In this document: positions 29,738-38,628 of the stretch, piece after piece
Layout of the letters: each line of letters opens with the position of its first letter
Position numbering within the stretch: the stretch's first letter is position 1
NCBI GenBank assembly: GCA_963743305.1
Contig: CAVUPH010000029.1
Coordinates: 1 to 64,000 of the forward strand
DNA length: 64,000 nt
Origin: an uncultured delta proteobacterium
GTDB lineage: Bacteria; Desulfobacterota; RBG-13-43-22
Reading direction: 5' to 3'
The notes under the pieces: model-generated
Database searches by the model: none
What the model was told of the DNA's origin: nothing
What the model saw: the letters and a program-made list of their open reading frames with translations, nothing else
Position numbers and translations under genes: made by a program

Positions 29738-31525
29738 TTAGGAATAGAGTAAGTTACCGTTCGGCCCGAATAAATCCGGGAACCGCTTGGCCATCTCATG
29801 GCGCACGTACTGGTTAATCTGCCCGGTCGTGGTCAAAGTCAGCACTTCCTCGACAACCCGACGGGATTCCTGGTAGGAGATCAGGCGGATAATCTGCTTC
29901 ACCCGAGGGATGGTTACGGGATTCATGCTCAACTCGTCCAGACCCAACCCCAACAGGATGGGTATATAGAGCGGGTCGCCGGCCATCTCGCCGCACATGG
30001 CCACCGGGATATCCGCCCGATGACCGGCCTCGATGGTCTGACGAATCAGCCGCAAAATGGCCGGATGCAGGGGCTGATACATGTGGGCCACGTGTTCGTT
30101 GACCCGGTCGATGGCCAGCGCGTATTGGATCAGATCGTTCGTACCGATGCTGAAAAAATCGACCTCCCGGGCCAACAGATCGGCCGTAGCCACCGCTGAG
30201 GGTATCTCGATCATGATCCCGATAGGGATCTTGGGATCAAAGCGAATCCCCTCGGACCGCAACTCGGCCTCCACTTCTCTCAAGATGGCCTTGGCCTGCA
30301 ATACTTCATCAACATCTGAAATCATGGGGAACAAAATTTTCAAACGGCCGTATAGACTGGCCCGCAAAATGGCCCGAAGTTGGCGTTTAAAAATATGCAC
30401 CTCTTTGAGGCAAAAACGGATGGCCCGGAGTCCCAAGGCCGGATTCATTTCCTCGGCCAACTCCAATTGAGAGGCAAACTTATCTCCCCCGATATCCAGG
30501 GTTCGGATGGTTACCGGGACCGGAGCGATCCGACGGGCCACCTCCTTGAAATTTTCAAAAAGGGTTTCTTCCTTGGGCAGTTCTTTTTGGCTTAAATAGA
30601 AAAATTCGGTCCGGAAAAGGCCGATTCCCTCCGCCCCGCTGTCCACCACCGCCCCCAGCTCTTCCATGAATTCAATGTTGGCTCGGACCTTCACGGCGTG
30701 TCCGTCCAAGGTTACGGCCGGCAAATGACTATAGCGGGCTATTTCCGCTCGAAATTTTTCGTAGGTTTCCTTTCGGTCCGAGTAATCCTGGACCGTTTTC
30801 TGATCCGGATTGATGATCACCTCTCCGTTGGTGCCGTCCAGGATGATCAGACTGCCGCTGCTGAATTCCTGAGTAATCCGCTCCAGACCCACCACCGCCG
30901 GTATTTCCAGGGATTGGGCAATAATCGCCGTGTGCGAAGTCTTCCCCCCCATATCGGTGGCAAAACCCAGGACCCGGTCCAAGCGCATCTGGGTGGTGTC
31001 CGCCGGTGAGAGGTCATGGGCGACGATGATCACCGGTTCGCGGACCTCGGACAGGCTCTCCACCTTTTTCCCGGTTAAATTCCGGAGGATCCGTTCGGAA
31101 ACATCCTCGACGTCCTTAAATCGAGAGCGGATATATTCGTCCTTGATCTTGGCAAAGGCCTCCTGGGCCTTTTCCACGGACTTTTTCAAGGCCCATTCAG
31201 CATTGATCTGTTCGGACTTGATCTGTTCCAGGGTATGATCGAAGAGCAATTTATCCCGCAGAATCAGGCGATGGGAGTCGAAAATGCCGGCCTGGTCCTT
31301 GATTTCCTCCGGCATCTCCTCCTGGATCTGTCGCAGTTGTTCCTCCGCCCGATCCACGGCCTGACGGAAGCGCTCGATTTCCTCCACGACTTTATTATCA
31401 TCCAGGAGATACTGGTAGATCACCTTGACCCGACTGCGGTCAACCAGGTAGGCCCGCCCGATAGCTACACCGGCCGAAGCCCCGATGCCCTTTAAGAACC
31501 GTGTGGTTGTCTCTCTTTGCGTCAT
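29738..31525 (-). CDS. ptsI: PEP-protein phosphotransferase (PTS enzyme I)
   Basis: GGKTSHTAI, GLFRTEF, EMNPALGLR, SIGTNDL, CGEMAG. Confidence 0.95.
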   Translation of the reverse strand: MTQRETTTRFLKGIGASAGVAIGRAYLVDRSRVKVIYQYLLDDNKVVEEIERFRQAVDRAEEQLRQIQEEMPEEIKDQAGIFDSHRLILRDKLLFDHTLEQIKSEQINAEWALKKSVEKAQEAFAKIKDEYIRSRFKDVEDVSERILRNLTGKKVESLSEVREPVIIVAHDLSPADTTQMRLDRVLGFATDMGGKTSHTAIIAQSLEIPAVVGLERITQEFSSGSLIILDGTNGEVIINPDQKTVQDYSDRKETYEKFRAEIARYSHLPAVTLDGHAVKVRANIEFMEELGAVVDSGAEGIGLFRTEFFYLSQKELPKEETLFENFKEVARRIAPVPVTIRTLDIGGDKFASQLELAEEMNPALGLRAIRFCLKEVHIFKRQLRAILRASLYGRLKILFPMISDVDEVLQAKAILREVEAELRSEGIRFDPKIPIGIMIEIPSAVATADLLAREVDFFSIGTNDLIQYALAIDRVNEHVAHMYQPLHPAILRLIRQTIEAGHRADIPVAMCGEMAGDPLYIPILLGLGLDELSMNPVTIPRVKQIIRLISYQESRRVVEEVLTLTTTGQINQYVRHEMAKRFPDLFGPNGNLLYS

Positions 31526-31540
31526 GGTCTTTGGATCCTT

Positions 31541-31660
31541 GAATCCGAAATTCGAAGCACGAAATCGACTTCTGACCGAGCTATCGTGGCCGAAACAAGC
31601 ACGAAGGTTCAAAATTCAGTTTCGAAATTCGGATTTTGGATTTCTAACCAAAAATTCAAA
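31541..31660. repeat. Intergenic heptamer (AAATCCG/AAATTCG) inverted-tandem repeat between ptsH and ptsI
   Basis: AATCCGAAATTCGAAGCACGAAATC..TTTCGAAATTCGGATTTTGGATTTC; a related remnant lies at 33660-33730. Confidence 0.7.
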
Positions 31661-31669
31661 TATTTTTGG

Positions 31670-31933
31670 TTAGTCTTCCCCAAACTTATCTTCAATGAGG
31701 GTCTCCACGGCCGCCATCAGCGCTTCCGCCTGATCCCCTTCCGTGCGGACCGTAATCTCGGAACCATAAGGACAAGCCAGCGTCAATAAATTCAAAATGC
31801 TTTTCCCGTCCACCTCCTGGCCGTCAAAGCGGATAAAGAGGTCGGCCTGGAAAGGTTGGCTGATTTGTACCAATTTGGCTGAAGACCGGGCATGGAGCCC
31901 CAGTTGATTCTTGATGATAAATGGTCGTTCCAT
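31670..31933 (-). CDS. ptsH: HPr phosphocarrier protein
   Basis: GLHAR, DGKSIL, KFGE. Confidence 0.92.
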   Translation of the reverse strand: MERPFIIKNQLGLHARSSAKLVQISQPFQADLFIRFDGQEVDGKSILNLLTLACPYGSEITVRTEGDQAEALMAAVETLIEDKFGED

Positions 31934-31940
31934 GGTTGTA

Positions 31941-32651
31941 TCAAGGAGTATTTCCCTCGGAAGGGGCCAGGATAAGCGTTATTTCCCCCAAAACTTCTTT
32001 GTCTCCGAGGCCTTGGAGCACCTGGCTTACCGTTCCAGAAAGCAATTCTTCGTGTATTTTAGTCAACTCCCGGGTCAAAAAGACATCGATGTCTCCCAGC
32101 AAATCTCTTATTTCCGCCAATAACTTCTTAATCCGGTAGGGGGATTCATAAAGCACTACCGTTCGGCCCTGGGCGGCCATTTCCTCGAGGATTCTCCGCC
32201 TCCGGCTCTTGCGTCTGGGCAGAAACCCCAAAAAAACGAAGGCCCCCCCCTCCATCCCCGAGACGCTAAGGGCGCAGGCCACAGCGGAGGGACCCGGAAT
32301 AGGCACTACCGGGATCCCGGACTCCCGGGCCTGGCGGACCAATTCCTGACCGGGATCACTGATCCCCGGAGTACCCCCGTCGGTCACCAGGCCGATCTGC
32401 TCTCCTCGGAGCAAACGTTCTATCAGCACCCGGGATTTGCCCTGTTTATTGTACTCATGGTAGCTGGTCAGGGGCACATGGAGATCATACGCGGCCAGCA
32501 ATTTCTGGGTTCTCCGGGTGTCTTCAGCGGCAATCAGGTTGGAGGTCTTCAGCACCTCCAGGGCCCTCAGGGTGATATCCTTAAGGTTTCCCAGGGGAGT
32601 CGCCACCACATAAAGGGTTCCCGGTTCGCCGGCTGCCCTGGTCCGTTCCAT
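31941..32651 (-). CDS. rsmI: 16S rRNA C1402 2'-O-methyltransferase
   Basis: ATPLGNL.DIT.RA, AEDTR, GTPGISDPG, YESPYR, RELTKIHEE. Confidence 0.95.
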   Translation of the reverse strand: MERTRAAGEPGTLYVVATPLGNLKDITLRALEVLKTSNLIAAEDTRRTQKLLAAYDLHVPLTSYHEYNKQGKSRVLIERLLRGEQIGLVTDGGTPGISDPGQELVRQARESGIPVVPIPGPSAVACALSVSGMEGGAFVFLGFLPRRKSRRRRILEEMAAQGRTVVLYESPYRIKKLLAEIRDLLGDIDVFLTRELTKIHEELLSGTVSQVLQGLGDKEVLGEITLILAPSEGNTP

Positions 32652-33040
32652 TATCCTACCAGATCGAAGGCATTGCGAAACAATTCAATCCGCTCCCCCT
32701 GGCGCTCCAGATCGACCGCCACCACATCAAACCGGGCCGGGCGGTCCTTCCAGGCCTTCAAATTCAAATAATACAAGGCCAACCGCGACAGCTTCATTTG
32801 CTTCTTTCGATCTACCGCCCACTTGGCCGATCCAAAGGAGGTCGACTCCCGGGTTTTAACCTCCACGAAAACCAGGGTCTGACCTTCGCGGGCGACAATA
32901 TCGATTTCTCCGATGGGGGTCTTGAAATTCCGCTCGATTATTTTATAGCCCTTCTCTTTTAATAGCGTACAGGCCAGCGCTTCTCCCCGAGCCCCCAGGT
33001 TAGGCCAGACCCGGTCGGCAATTCCTGCGCTATTCCCCAT
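32651..33040 (-). CDS. YraN family (UPF0102) nuclease-like protein
   Basis: G..GE..A..L, GEIDIVA, VFVEVKTR, RFDVV. Confidence 0.9.
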   Translation of the reverse strand: MGNSAGIADRVWPNLGARGEALACTLLKEKGYKIIERNFKTPIGEIDIVAREGQTLVFVEVKTRESTSFGSAKWAVDRKKQMKLSRLALYYLNLKAWKDRPARFDVVAVDLERQGERIELFRNAFDLVG

Positions 33041-33659
33041 CGCGGGCCACCCCTTTGAAGCTCCGCCGATGAAGGGGGCAAGGGCCGTAGCGACGCAAAG
33101 CCTCCAGGTGTTCCCGCGTCCCATACCCCTTGTTGCCGGGAAAGTTATATTCAGGGAAGCGGATATGGCAGGATTCCATCATTTTGTCCCGAATGACTTT
33201 GGCCACGATGGAGGCCGCCCCGATCGTCAGGCTTCGGGCATCTCCCCGGATCAGGCACTGTTGGGGGAGCGTAAGATCGAGCGCCCGGTTGCCGTCCACC
33301 AGCAGAAGGTCCGGAGCAATCGGCAACCGCAGGACGGCCGTTTTCATGGCCTTCAAGGCCGCCTGAAGAATATTGATCCGATCCACCTCTCCGGCATCCA
33401 CGGACCCTAACCCAATGGCCAGGGCCTTTTCCCGGATGAGGGGGAAAAGGGCTTCCCTTTGTTTGGCCGTTAATTTTTTGGAATCGGTGATCCCCGGGAT
33501 GAGCACCGCAGAGGGGAAGATCACCGCGGCGGCAAGAACCGGTCCGGCCAACGGTCCCCGGCCGACTTCATCTACACCGGCAATACATAGCGATTCGAGG
33601 GATCGAAGGGAAAACTCATAATAGGCTGGGGCGCTCTGTCGGTTTGCTCGACGGCCCAT
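33030..33659 (-). CDS. rnhB: Ribonuclease HII
   Basis: GVDEVGRGPLAGPV, DSKKL, AASIVAKV.RD, KGYGT, HRRSF. Confidence 0.96.
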   Translation of the reverse strand: MGRRANRQSAPAYYEFSLRSLESLCIAGVDEVGRGPLAGPVLAAAVIFPSAVLIPGITDSKKLTAKQREALFPLIREKALAIGLGSVDAGEVDRINILQAALKAMKTAVLRLPIAPDLLLVDGNRALDLTLPQQCLIRGDARSLTIGAASIVAKVIRDKMMESCHIRFPEYNFPGNKGYGTREHLEALRRYGPCPLHRRSFKGVARDGE

Positions 33660-33753
33660 TTGATTCAAATTCGAAATCCGAATACCCTGCCTGAGGCGGG
33701 GAACAAATTCAAACGATCACATCTCAAAATAGAGCGGCGGAAGAGCCGACTCC

Positions 33754-34113
33754 TCAGGCGGGTTTTTGAAAGGTCCTTTTCTCTTTTATACGCGCCGCCC
33801 GGCCTTTCAGACCCCTTAAATAATAAAGCCTGGCCCGCCGCACCTTTCCTCGGCTGATGATATCGATCCGGTCGATCGACGGGGAGTGGGTGGGGAAGAT
33901 ACGTTCCACTCCCACGCCGTAAGAAACTTTCCGCACCGTAAAAGTCGCCCCGGTATTCCCTTTCCGATTGCGGATGACCACGCCCTCGAAAACCTGGATC
34001 CGTTCTTTTTCGCCTTCTTTTATTTTCACATGGACTCGAATCTGATCACCGGTCCGAATGTCGGGCAAATCGGCACGCATTTGTTCTTTTTCCAGCAAGG
34101 TTAAGACATCCAC
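33754..34113 (-). CDS. rplS: 50S ribosomal protein L19
   Basis: [33 protein letters not shown]. Confidence 0.97.
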   Translation of the reverse strand: MDVLTLLEKEQMRADLPDIRTGDQIRVHVKIKEGEKERIQVFEGVVIRNRKGNTGATFTVRKVSYGVGVERIFPTHSPSIDRIDIISRGKVRRARLYYLRGLKGRAARIKEKRTFQKPA

Positions 34114-34136
34114 GGCTTTACTCCTCTATAGATAAT

Positions 34137-34904
34137 TTAATGTTTCCGTTTCCGGTGGTCCGGCTTCCTTTTGGCGGCCTCCTGGGCTAAGGCCAAAAAC
34201 TCCAAATCCTCGGTTTTCAATGGCGCTTTAGCTAACAGTTCCGGCCGGACGGCCATGGTCCCGGCCAGCGATTCTTCGCGTCGCCAACGGCGAATCTGGG
34301 CATGGTTCCCGGTCAAGAGCATCTCGGGAACCTTATGGTTTTCAAAATTTCCGGGGCGGGTGTATTGGGGGTACTCCAACAGGTGGTCCTCGTAGGATTC
34401 CTGATCGATAGACTCCGAACTCCCCAAGACCTCCGGTATCAGTCGCACCACCCCGTCCAGCATCACCAGGGCCGCCGGTTCCCCTCCGCTCAGGACGTAA
34501 TCGCCGATGGAGATCTGGTCCTGGCAGTAATGGGCCCCTACCCGTTCGTCCACCCCTTCATAGCGGCCGCAGATCAAAACCAGTCGTCCTTGCGCTGCGA
34601 TTTTTTTCAAAATCGCTTGATCCAGGGGCCGCCCCCGAGGCGTCAAGAGAATACTGTACGGCCGGCCGGGAGGAATCCCCTGGAGAAAAGTCAGTGCCCG
34701 AACGATCGGTTCCGGTTTCAGAACCATCCCCGGCCCGCCCCCGAAAGGCCGATCATCCACGGTGCGATGTCGGTCGAGGGTAAACTCACGCAGATTAAAA
34801 ATTCTGACCCGGACCAGACCCTTTTCAATTCCCCGATGGATCATCCCCTCCTGTAGGGGGGAGGCAAAATAACTCGGAGAAAGGGTCAGGATGTCAATGA
34901 CCAT
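34137..34904 (-). CDS. trmD: tRNA (guanine-N1)-methyltransferase
   Basis: VDDRPFGGGPGM, CGRYEGVDER, SIGDYVLSGGE, YPQYTRP. Confidence 0.97.
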   Translation of the reverse strand: MVIDILTLSPSYFASPLQEGMIHRGIEKGLVRVRIFNLREFTLDRHRTVDDRPFGGGPGMVLKPEPIVRALTFLQGIPPGRPYSILLTPRGRPLDQAILKKIAAQGRLVLICGRYEGVDERVGAHYCQDQISIGDYVLSGGEPAALVMLDGVVRLIPEVLGSSESIDQESYEDHLLEYPQYTRPGNFENHKVPEMLLTGNHAQIRRWRREESLAGTMAVRPELLAKAPLKTEDLEFLALAQEAAKRKPDHRKRKH

Positions 34905-35415
34905 CTACCTCCCACAATCCCTGCAGCGTCCGAACTTTTATCTCTCCCTCCCTTTGATCCACGGAAAGGATCACCTCGGCTACAGCCGGTATTAAATATT
35001 CTCTTCCCGGAGCCCTGGCCACCCAGACATCGTGAGCCGGCGTGGAGATCACCTCCTCCAAGCAGCCCAAAAACCGCCCTTCCTCGCTGACCACGCGCAA
35101 TCCGATCAATTGGTACCAGTAGTACTCCCCCTCCGGGAGTTTCCCCAGGCTTTCCTCCCGCACATAAAGTGACCTCCCTACCAAGGCCTCCGCTGCCTGA
35201 CGGTCTTCCACCCCCGTGAAACGCAGGATAAAATGGTGGTCGCCGGCCTTAGACTCGGAAATCACATAATCTGTCTGTTCTTCATCCTGCCGGACATAAA
35301 TCCGAACACCGGGCTTAAAACTTTCCCCTGAAGCCGGATCGGCCTGAACCTTCAAATGTCCCCTCAGGCCGTGAGGTTTAGTGATCGCTCCGATCCAAAG
35401 AAACCCAGACCCCAT
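34894..35415 (-). CDS. rimM: Ribosome maturation factor RimM
   Basis: PHGLRG, EYYWYQLIGL, LIPAV; synteny. Confidence 0.93.
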   Translation of the reverse strand: MGSGFLWIGAITKPHGLRGHLKVQADPASGESFKPGVRIYVRQDEEQTDYVISESKAGDHHFILRFTGVEDRQAAEALVGRSLYVREESLGKLPEGEYYWYQLIGLRVVSEEGRFLGCLEEVISTPAHDVWVARAPGREYLIPAVAEVILSVDQREGEIKVRTLQGLWEVDGH

Positions 35416-35428
35416 GGGGATTAGAACA

Positions 35429-35659
35429 TCACTCGAGGATTTCCAACACGGAACGTTTCTTAATTTTGGTGGAAGCCGCACTTAGAATGGTTCGGATGGC
35501 CCGAGCGGTCCGCCCTTGCTTGCCGATGATCTTGCCCAGGTCTTCCTTGGCCACTTTCAATTCGAGGACCGAAGTCTGTTCCCCTTCAATCTCGTGCACT
35601 TCCACTTGATCCGGACTGTCAACCAAAGCCTTCGCAATATACTTTACCAGCTCTTTCAT
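35429..35659 (-). CDS. khpA: KH-domain RNA-binding protein KhpA
   Basis: [17 protein letters not shown]; between rpsP and rimM. Confidence 0.93.
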   Translation of the reverse strand: MKELVKYIAKALVDSPDQVEVHEIEGEQTSVLELKVAKEDLGKIIGKQGRTARAIRTILSAASTKIKKRSVLEILE

Positions 35660-35745
35660 GCCGCTACCTCCCGCAAGTGAATAAATCCTCCAGTCGCCAA
35701 ATTCCCGTTGCCGGATCTCCGGATTCAGAGCCCCTGGGCTTTGAC

Positions 35746-36000
35746 TTAAAGGGCTTCCTTAAGGACTCCAGACGACCGAATCAAGTTTTCCACGGTGGTG
35801 CTGGGGCGAGCCCCTACGGAGAGCCATTTTTTCAAGCTCTCCGGTTTCCAGGAAATCTGGGCCGGATCGCTATTGGGGTTATAAGTACCCAGAATTTCAA
35901 TAAACTTCCCGTCCCGCGGGGACTCGGCACTAGCCACCACCATGCGATAGAAGGGCTTCTTTTTAGCCCCCATGCGCGTTAACCGTATCCTTACCGCCAT
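35746..36000 (-). CDS. rpsP: 30S ribosomal protein S16
   Basis: [32 protein letters not shown]. Confidence 0.97.
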   Translation of the reverse strand: MAVRIRLTRMGAKKKPFYRMVVASAESPRDGKFIEILGTYNPNSDPAQISWKPESLKKWLSVGARPSTTVENLIRSSGVLKEAL

Positions 36001-36050
36001 ATCCGTTTCTCCTTCCCTTATTTGCTCTCTGTTAATTATATCGAATTCCA

Positions 36051-37382
36051 CTAAAAAGGCAAGAAACCTCTTTTCAGGCTCTTTTTGCCTCCCTTGGTAA
36101 ATTGTTTAATCATCTTTTGTACTTGTTCAAAATTCTTGATCAGTTTATTTACATCCTGGACCGTAGTTCCGCTCCCTCGGGCAATCCGCCTTCGGCGGCT
36201 GCCGTTGAGCAGGTGATAATTTTTGCGCTCCTCCGGGGTCATGGAATTGATCATGGCCTCGGTGAGGACCAATTCCTTCTCGTCGGGCTGAGCATCTTTC
36301 AAGGCCTTGACCCGATTAAAACCGGGAATCATCTGCATGATCTGGTCCATAGACCCTATTTTCTTGATCTGGCGAAGCTGGTCCTTGAAATCCTCTAAGG
36401 TAAAACTCTCCTTCCGGATTTTCCGGGCCAGTTCATCGGCCTGTTTTTGATCGAACTGGGATTGCGCTTTTTCGATCAGCGAAAGCATGTCGCCCATACC
36501 CAGGATTCGGGAAGCCATGCGGTCCGGGTAAAAAGGCTCTAAGGCGTCTAATTTCTCCCCCACGCCGATAAACTTGATCGGTTTTTCGATGACCGCCTTG
36601 ATGGACAGGGCGGCGCCTCCCCGGGCGTCGCCCTCCATTTTGGTCAGGATGACCCCGGTCACCTCCAGGATTTCGTTGAACTTTTGGGCAACGTTGACGG
36701 CATCCTGGCCCGTCATGGCATCGGCCACCAAGAGGATTTCATTGGGACGGATTCGCTCTTTGATCCGCCTCAATTCATCCATCAGCCCCTGGTCGATATG
36801 CAACCGACCGGCGGTATCCATAATCAGGGGATTCAAACCTTGCTGGCGAGCCCACTCCCAGGCTTGGGAACACAAATCCACCGGGTCCAGCTCCCGATGG
36901 GCAGGAAAAATCTCCACGCCGGCCATTTCCGCGACTTTCTGAAGCTGCTCCATCGCCGCCGGGCGGTAGACATCGGCGGAAACCAGGGCCGGTCGAAAAT
37001 TCTTCTGTTTTAACCACAGGGCCAGCTTGCCGGCGCTGGTGGTCTTTCCGGAGCCTTGCAGACCGACCAGCAGGATGGGAATCGGCGGGCGGCCGGCCAA
37101 ATTCAAGTCCTGGCGCATCCCGCCCATTAAAACGGTCAATTCCTCCTGGACGATCTTGATGACCTGCTGAGCCGGGGTCAGGCTGCCGAGAACTTCCTGC
37201 CCCAGGGACCGTTGGCGGACTTTTTCAATAAAATCCTTGGCGACCTTGTAATGGACATCCGCCTCCAGCAAGGCCAGACGCACTTCCCGCAGGCCCTCTT
37301 TCATGTTGGCTTCAGTCAGCTTGCCCTGGCCCTTTAATTTCTTAAAGGTCAAGTTCAGCCGGTCACTAAGGGATTCGAACAT
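36051..37382 (-). CDS. ffh: Signal recognition particle protein
   Basis: ALLEADV, GLQGSGKTT, DTAGR, GDARGGAALS, M domain SRRRRIARGSG. Confidence 0.97.
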   Translation of the reverse strand: MFESLSDRLNLTFKKLKGQGKLTEANMKEGLREVRLALLEADVHYKVAKDFIEKVRQRSLGQEVLGSLTPAQQVIKIVQEELTVLMGGMRQDLNLAGRPPIPILLVGLQGSGKTTSAGKLALWLKQKNFRPALVSADVYRPAAMEQLQKVAEMAGVEIFPAHRELDPVDLCSQAWEWARQQGLNPLIMDTAGRLHIDQGLMDELRRIKERIRPNEILLVADAMTGQDAVNVAQKFNEILEVTGVILTKMEGDARGGAALSIKAVIEKPIKFIGVGEKLDALEPFYPDRMASRILGMGDMLSLIEKAQSQFDQKQADELARKIRKESFTLEDFKDQLRQIKKIGSMDQIMQMIPGFNRVKALKDAQPDEKELVLTEAMINSMTPEERKNYHLLNGSRRRRIARGSGTTVQDVNKLIKNFEQVQKMIKQFTKGGKKSLKRGFLPF

Positions 37383-37410
37383 GGTCTTACCTGAAAAATT
37401 AAAAATTTTA

Positions 37411-37509
37411 AATTTATTCTTATCTACTAATAATGTCAATAACTTTTTTTTAATCGTTCACCGATCAATAAACAAATATCTTGACAAAAAAAATCCGGAA
37501 AGTTATTTT
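37411..37509. promoter_or_regulatory. Divergent sigma70 promoters for ffh and the tRNA pair
   Basis: Plus strand TTGACA(37481)-N17-TATTTT; minus strand TTGACA(37439)-N17-TAAATT. Confidence 0.65.
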
Positions 37510-37522
37510 AGTCATTTTATCG

Positions 37523-37598
37523 GGGCCGTTAACTCAGGAGGTAGAGTATCTGCCTTTTAAGCAGAGAGTCGTTGGTTCGAATCCAACACGGCCCACCA
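37523..37598 (+). tRNA. tRNA-Lys(TTT)
   Basis: GGGCCGT/ACGGCCC acceptor stem, TCTGC-CTTTTAA-GCAGA anticodon arm, GTTCGAATC, CCA. Confidence 0.96.
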
Positions 37599-37605
37599 AG
37601 GAGAC

Positions 37606-37683
37606 GTCCCCATCGTCTAGCCTGGCCCAGGACACCGGCCTTTCACGCCGACAACACGGGTTCAAATCCCGTTGGGGACGCCA
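37606..37683 (+). tRNA. tRNA-Glu(TTC)
   Basis: GTCCCCA/TGGGGAC acceptor stem, CTTTCAC loop, GTTCAAATC, CCA. Confidence 0.96.
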
Positions 37684-37695
37684 AGAACTTTCCAG

Positions 37696-37727
37696 GGGTT
37701 GGCCTGTCGGGCCGACCCTTTTTTTTC
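37696..37727 (+). terminator. Intrinsic terminator after the tRNAs
   Basis: GGGTTGGCC-TGTCG-GGCCGACCC followed by a T run. Confidence 0.8.
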
Positions 37728-37832
37728 CTTTTCCCTTTATATGCTTTTCCCTTTATATGTTTTCACTGAACAGGAAAAAAGATATTGCCGCGAACTTCCG
37801 GGTTGGATTCACAGCCCCGGGATTGAACTCCT

Positions 37833-38537
37833 ATGAAGCATCCAAGTCTTACGGTCACCTTCATCCTAACGATCCTCTTGGCGGGTTTCAGCCGCTCCCC
37901 GGCGAGTGAACCGCCCGAGACGAAGGCCCCTCACCCCGAGAGAAGCCTCCTTTTCAGTCTCCAATACGGATGGCCGGCCCGGTATTTCTCGGACAAATTA
38001 TATTCCAACTTCAAGACCTTCAGTTTCAACGCGGCCTTCGAAAAGGAATGCGGAGTCATCATTTTCCCGGCCGGTGGTCCTCTTTCGGAATCCCTGTTGC
38101 TGGAATTCAGGCTCTTGAAGATCTGGGGGAACGCTATCCCCCTCAACGACGATCAGGTTTCCAGCGAAAAACTGGCCCGGGCCAAACAGCAGGGACATGA
38201 GCCTACCGTAAACTGGGACACCTATCAGCTAGGCCTGACCCCTTTCTATCGGATCTATTACCCGATTACCAAGAACATCAGGCCCTATTTCGAATTGGGG
38301 GCCGGGTTAACCTGGTTGCTGGAGGAGTTGGTTGAAAACGGCACCCGCTGGAATTTTTCGCTCTATTCCGGTCTGGGCACCGAATTCAGATGGGGGGGCC
38401 TCCCCTTTTTCGCCTTTTTACGCCTGGAACATTTCAGCAACGGAATGAAGTATTGGCATCAGATGGGCCTGTCGGACCAAAGGCTGATCGGCCCGGAAAC
38501 GATGGCCCTGGGATTGGGAGTCCGGATCCCCTTCTAA
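37833..38537 (+). CDS. PagL-like acyloxyacyl hydrolase (lipid A deacylase) beta-barrel
   Basis: Signal peptide, PYFELGAG, WNF, RLEHFSNG motif, terminal Phe. Confidence 0.7.
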   Translation: MKHPSLTVTFILTILLAGFSRSPASEPPETKAPHPERSLLFSLQYGWPARYFSDKLYSNFKTFSFNAAFEKECGVIIFPAGGPLSESLLLEFRLLKIWGNAIPLNDDQVSSEKLARAKQQGHEPTVNWDTYQLGLTPFYRIYYPITKNIRPYFELGAGLTWLLEELVENGTRWNFSLYSGLGTEFRWGGLPFFAFLRLEHFSNGMKYWHQMGLSDQRLIGPETMALGLGVRIPF

Positions 38538-38628
38538 ACGAAAAGGACCCTCGTCTTTCAGTAGCAGTAGGTCAGCCGGGATCAGTGATCGAGCCTCTAG
38601 GTCCGGACCCGGAATCTGCCGGGAATGG

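Noticed and set aside
37481-37909. 142-aa ORF
   Set aside because: Reads through tRNA-Lys, tRNA-Glu and their terminator.
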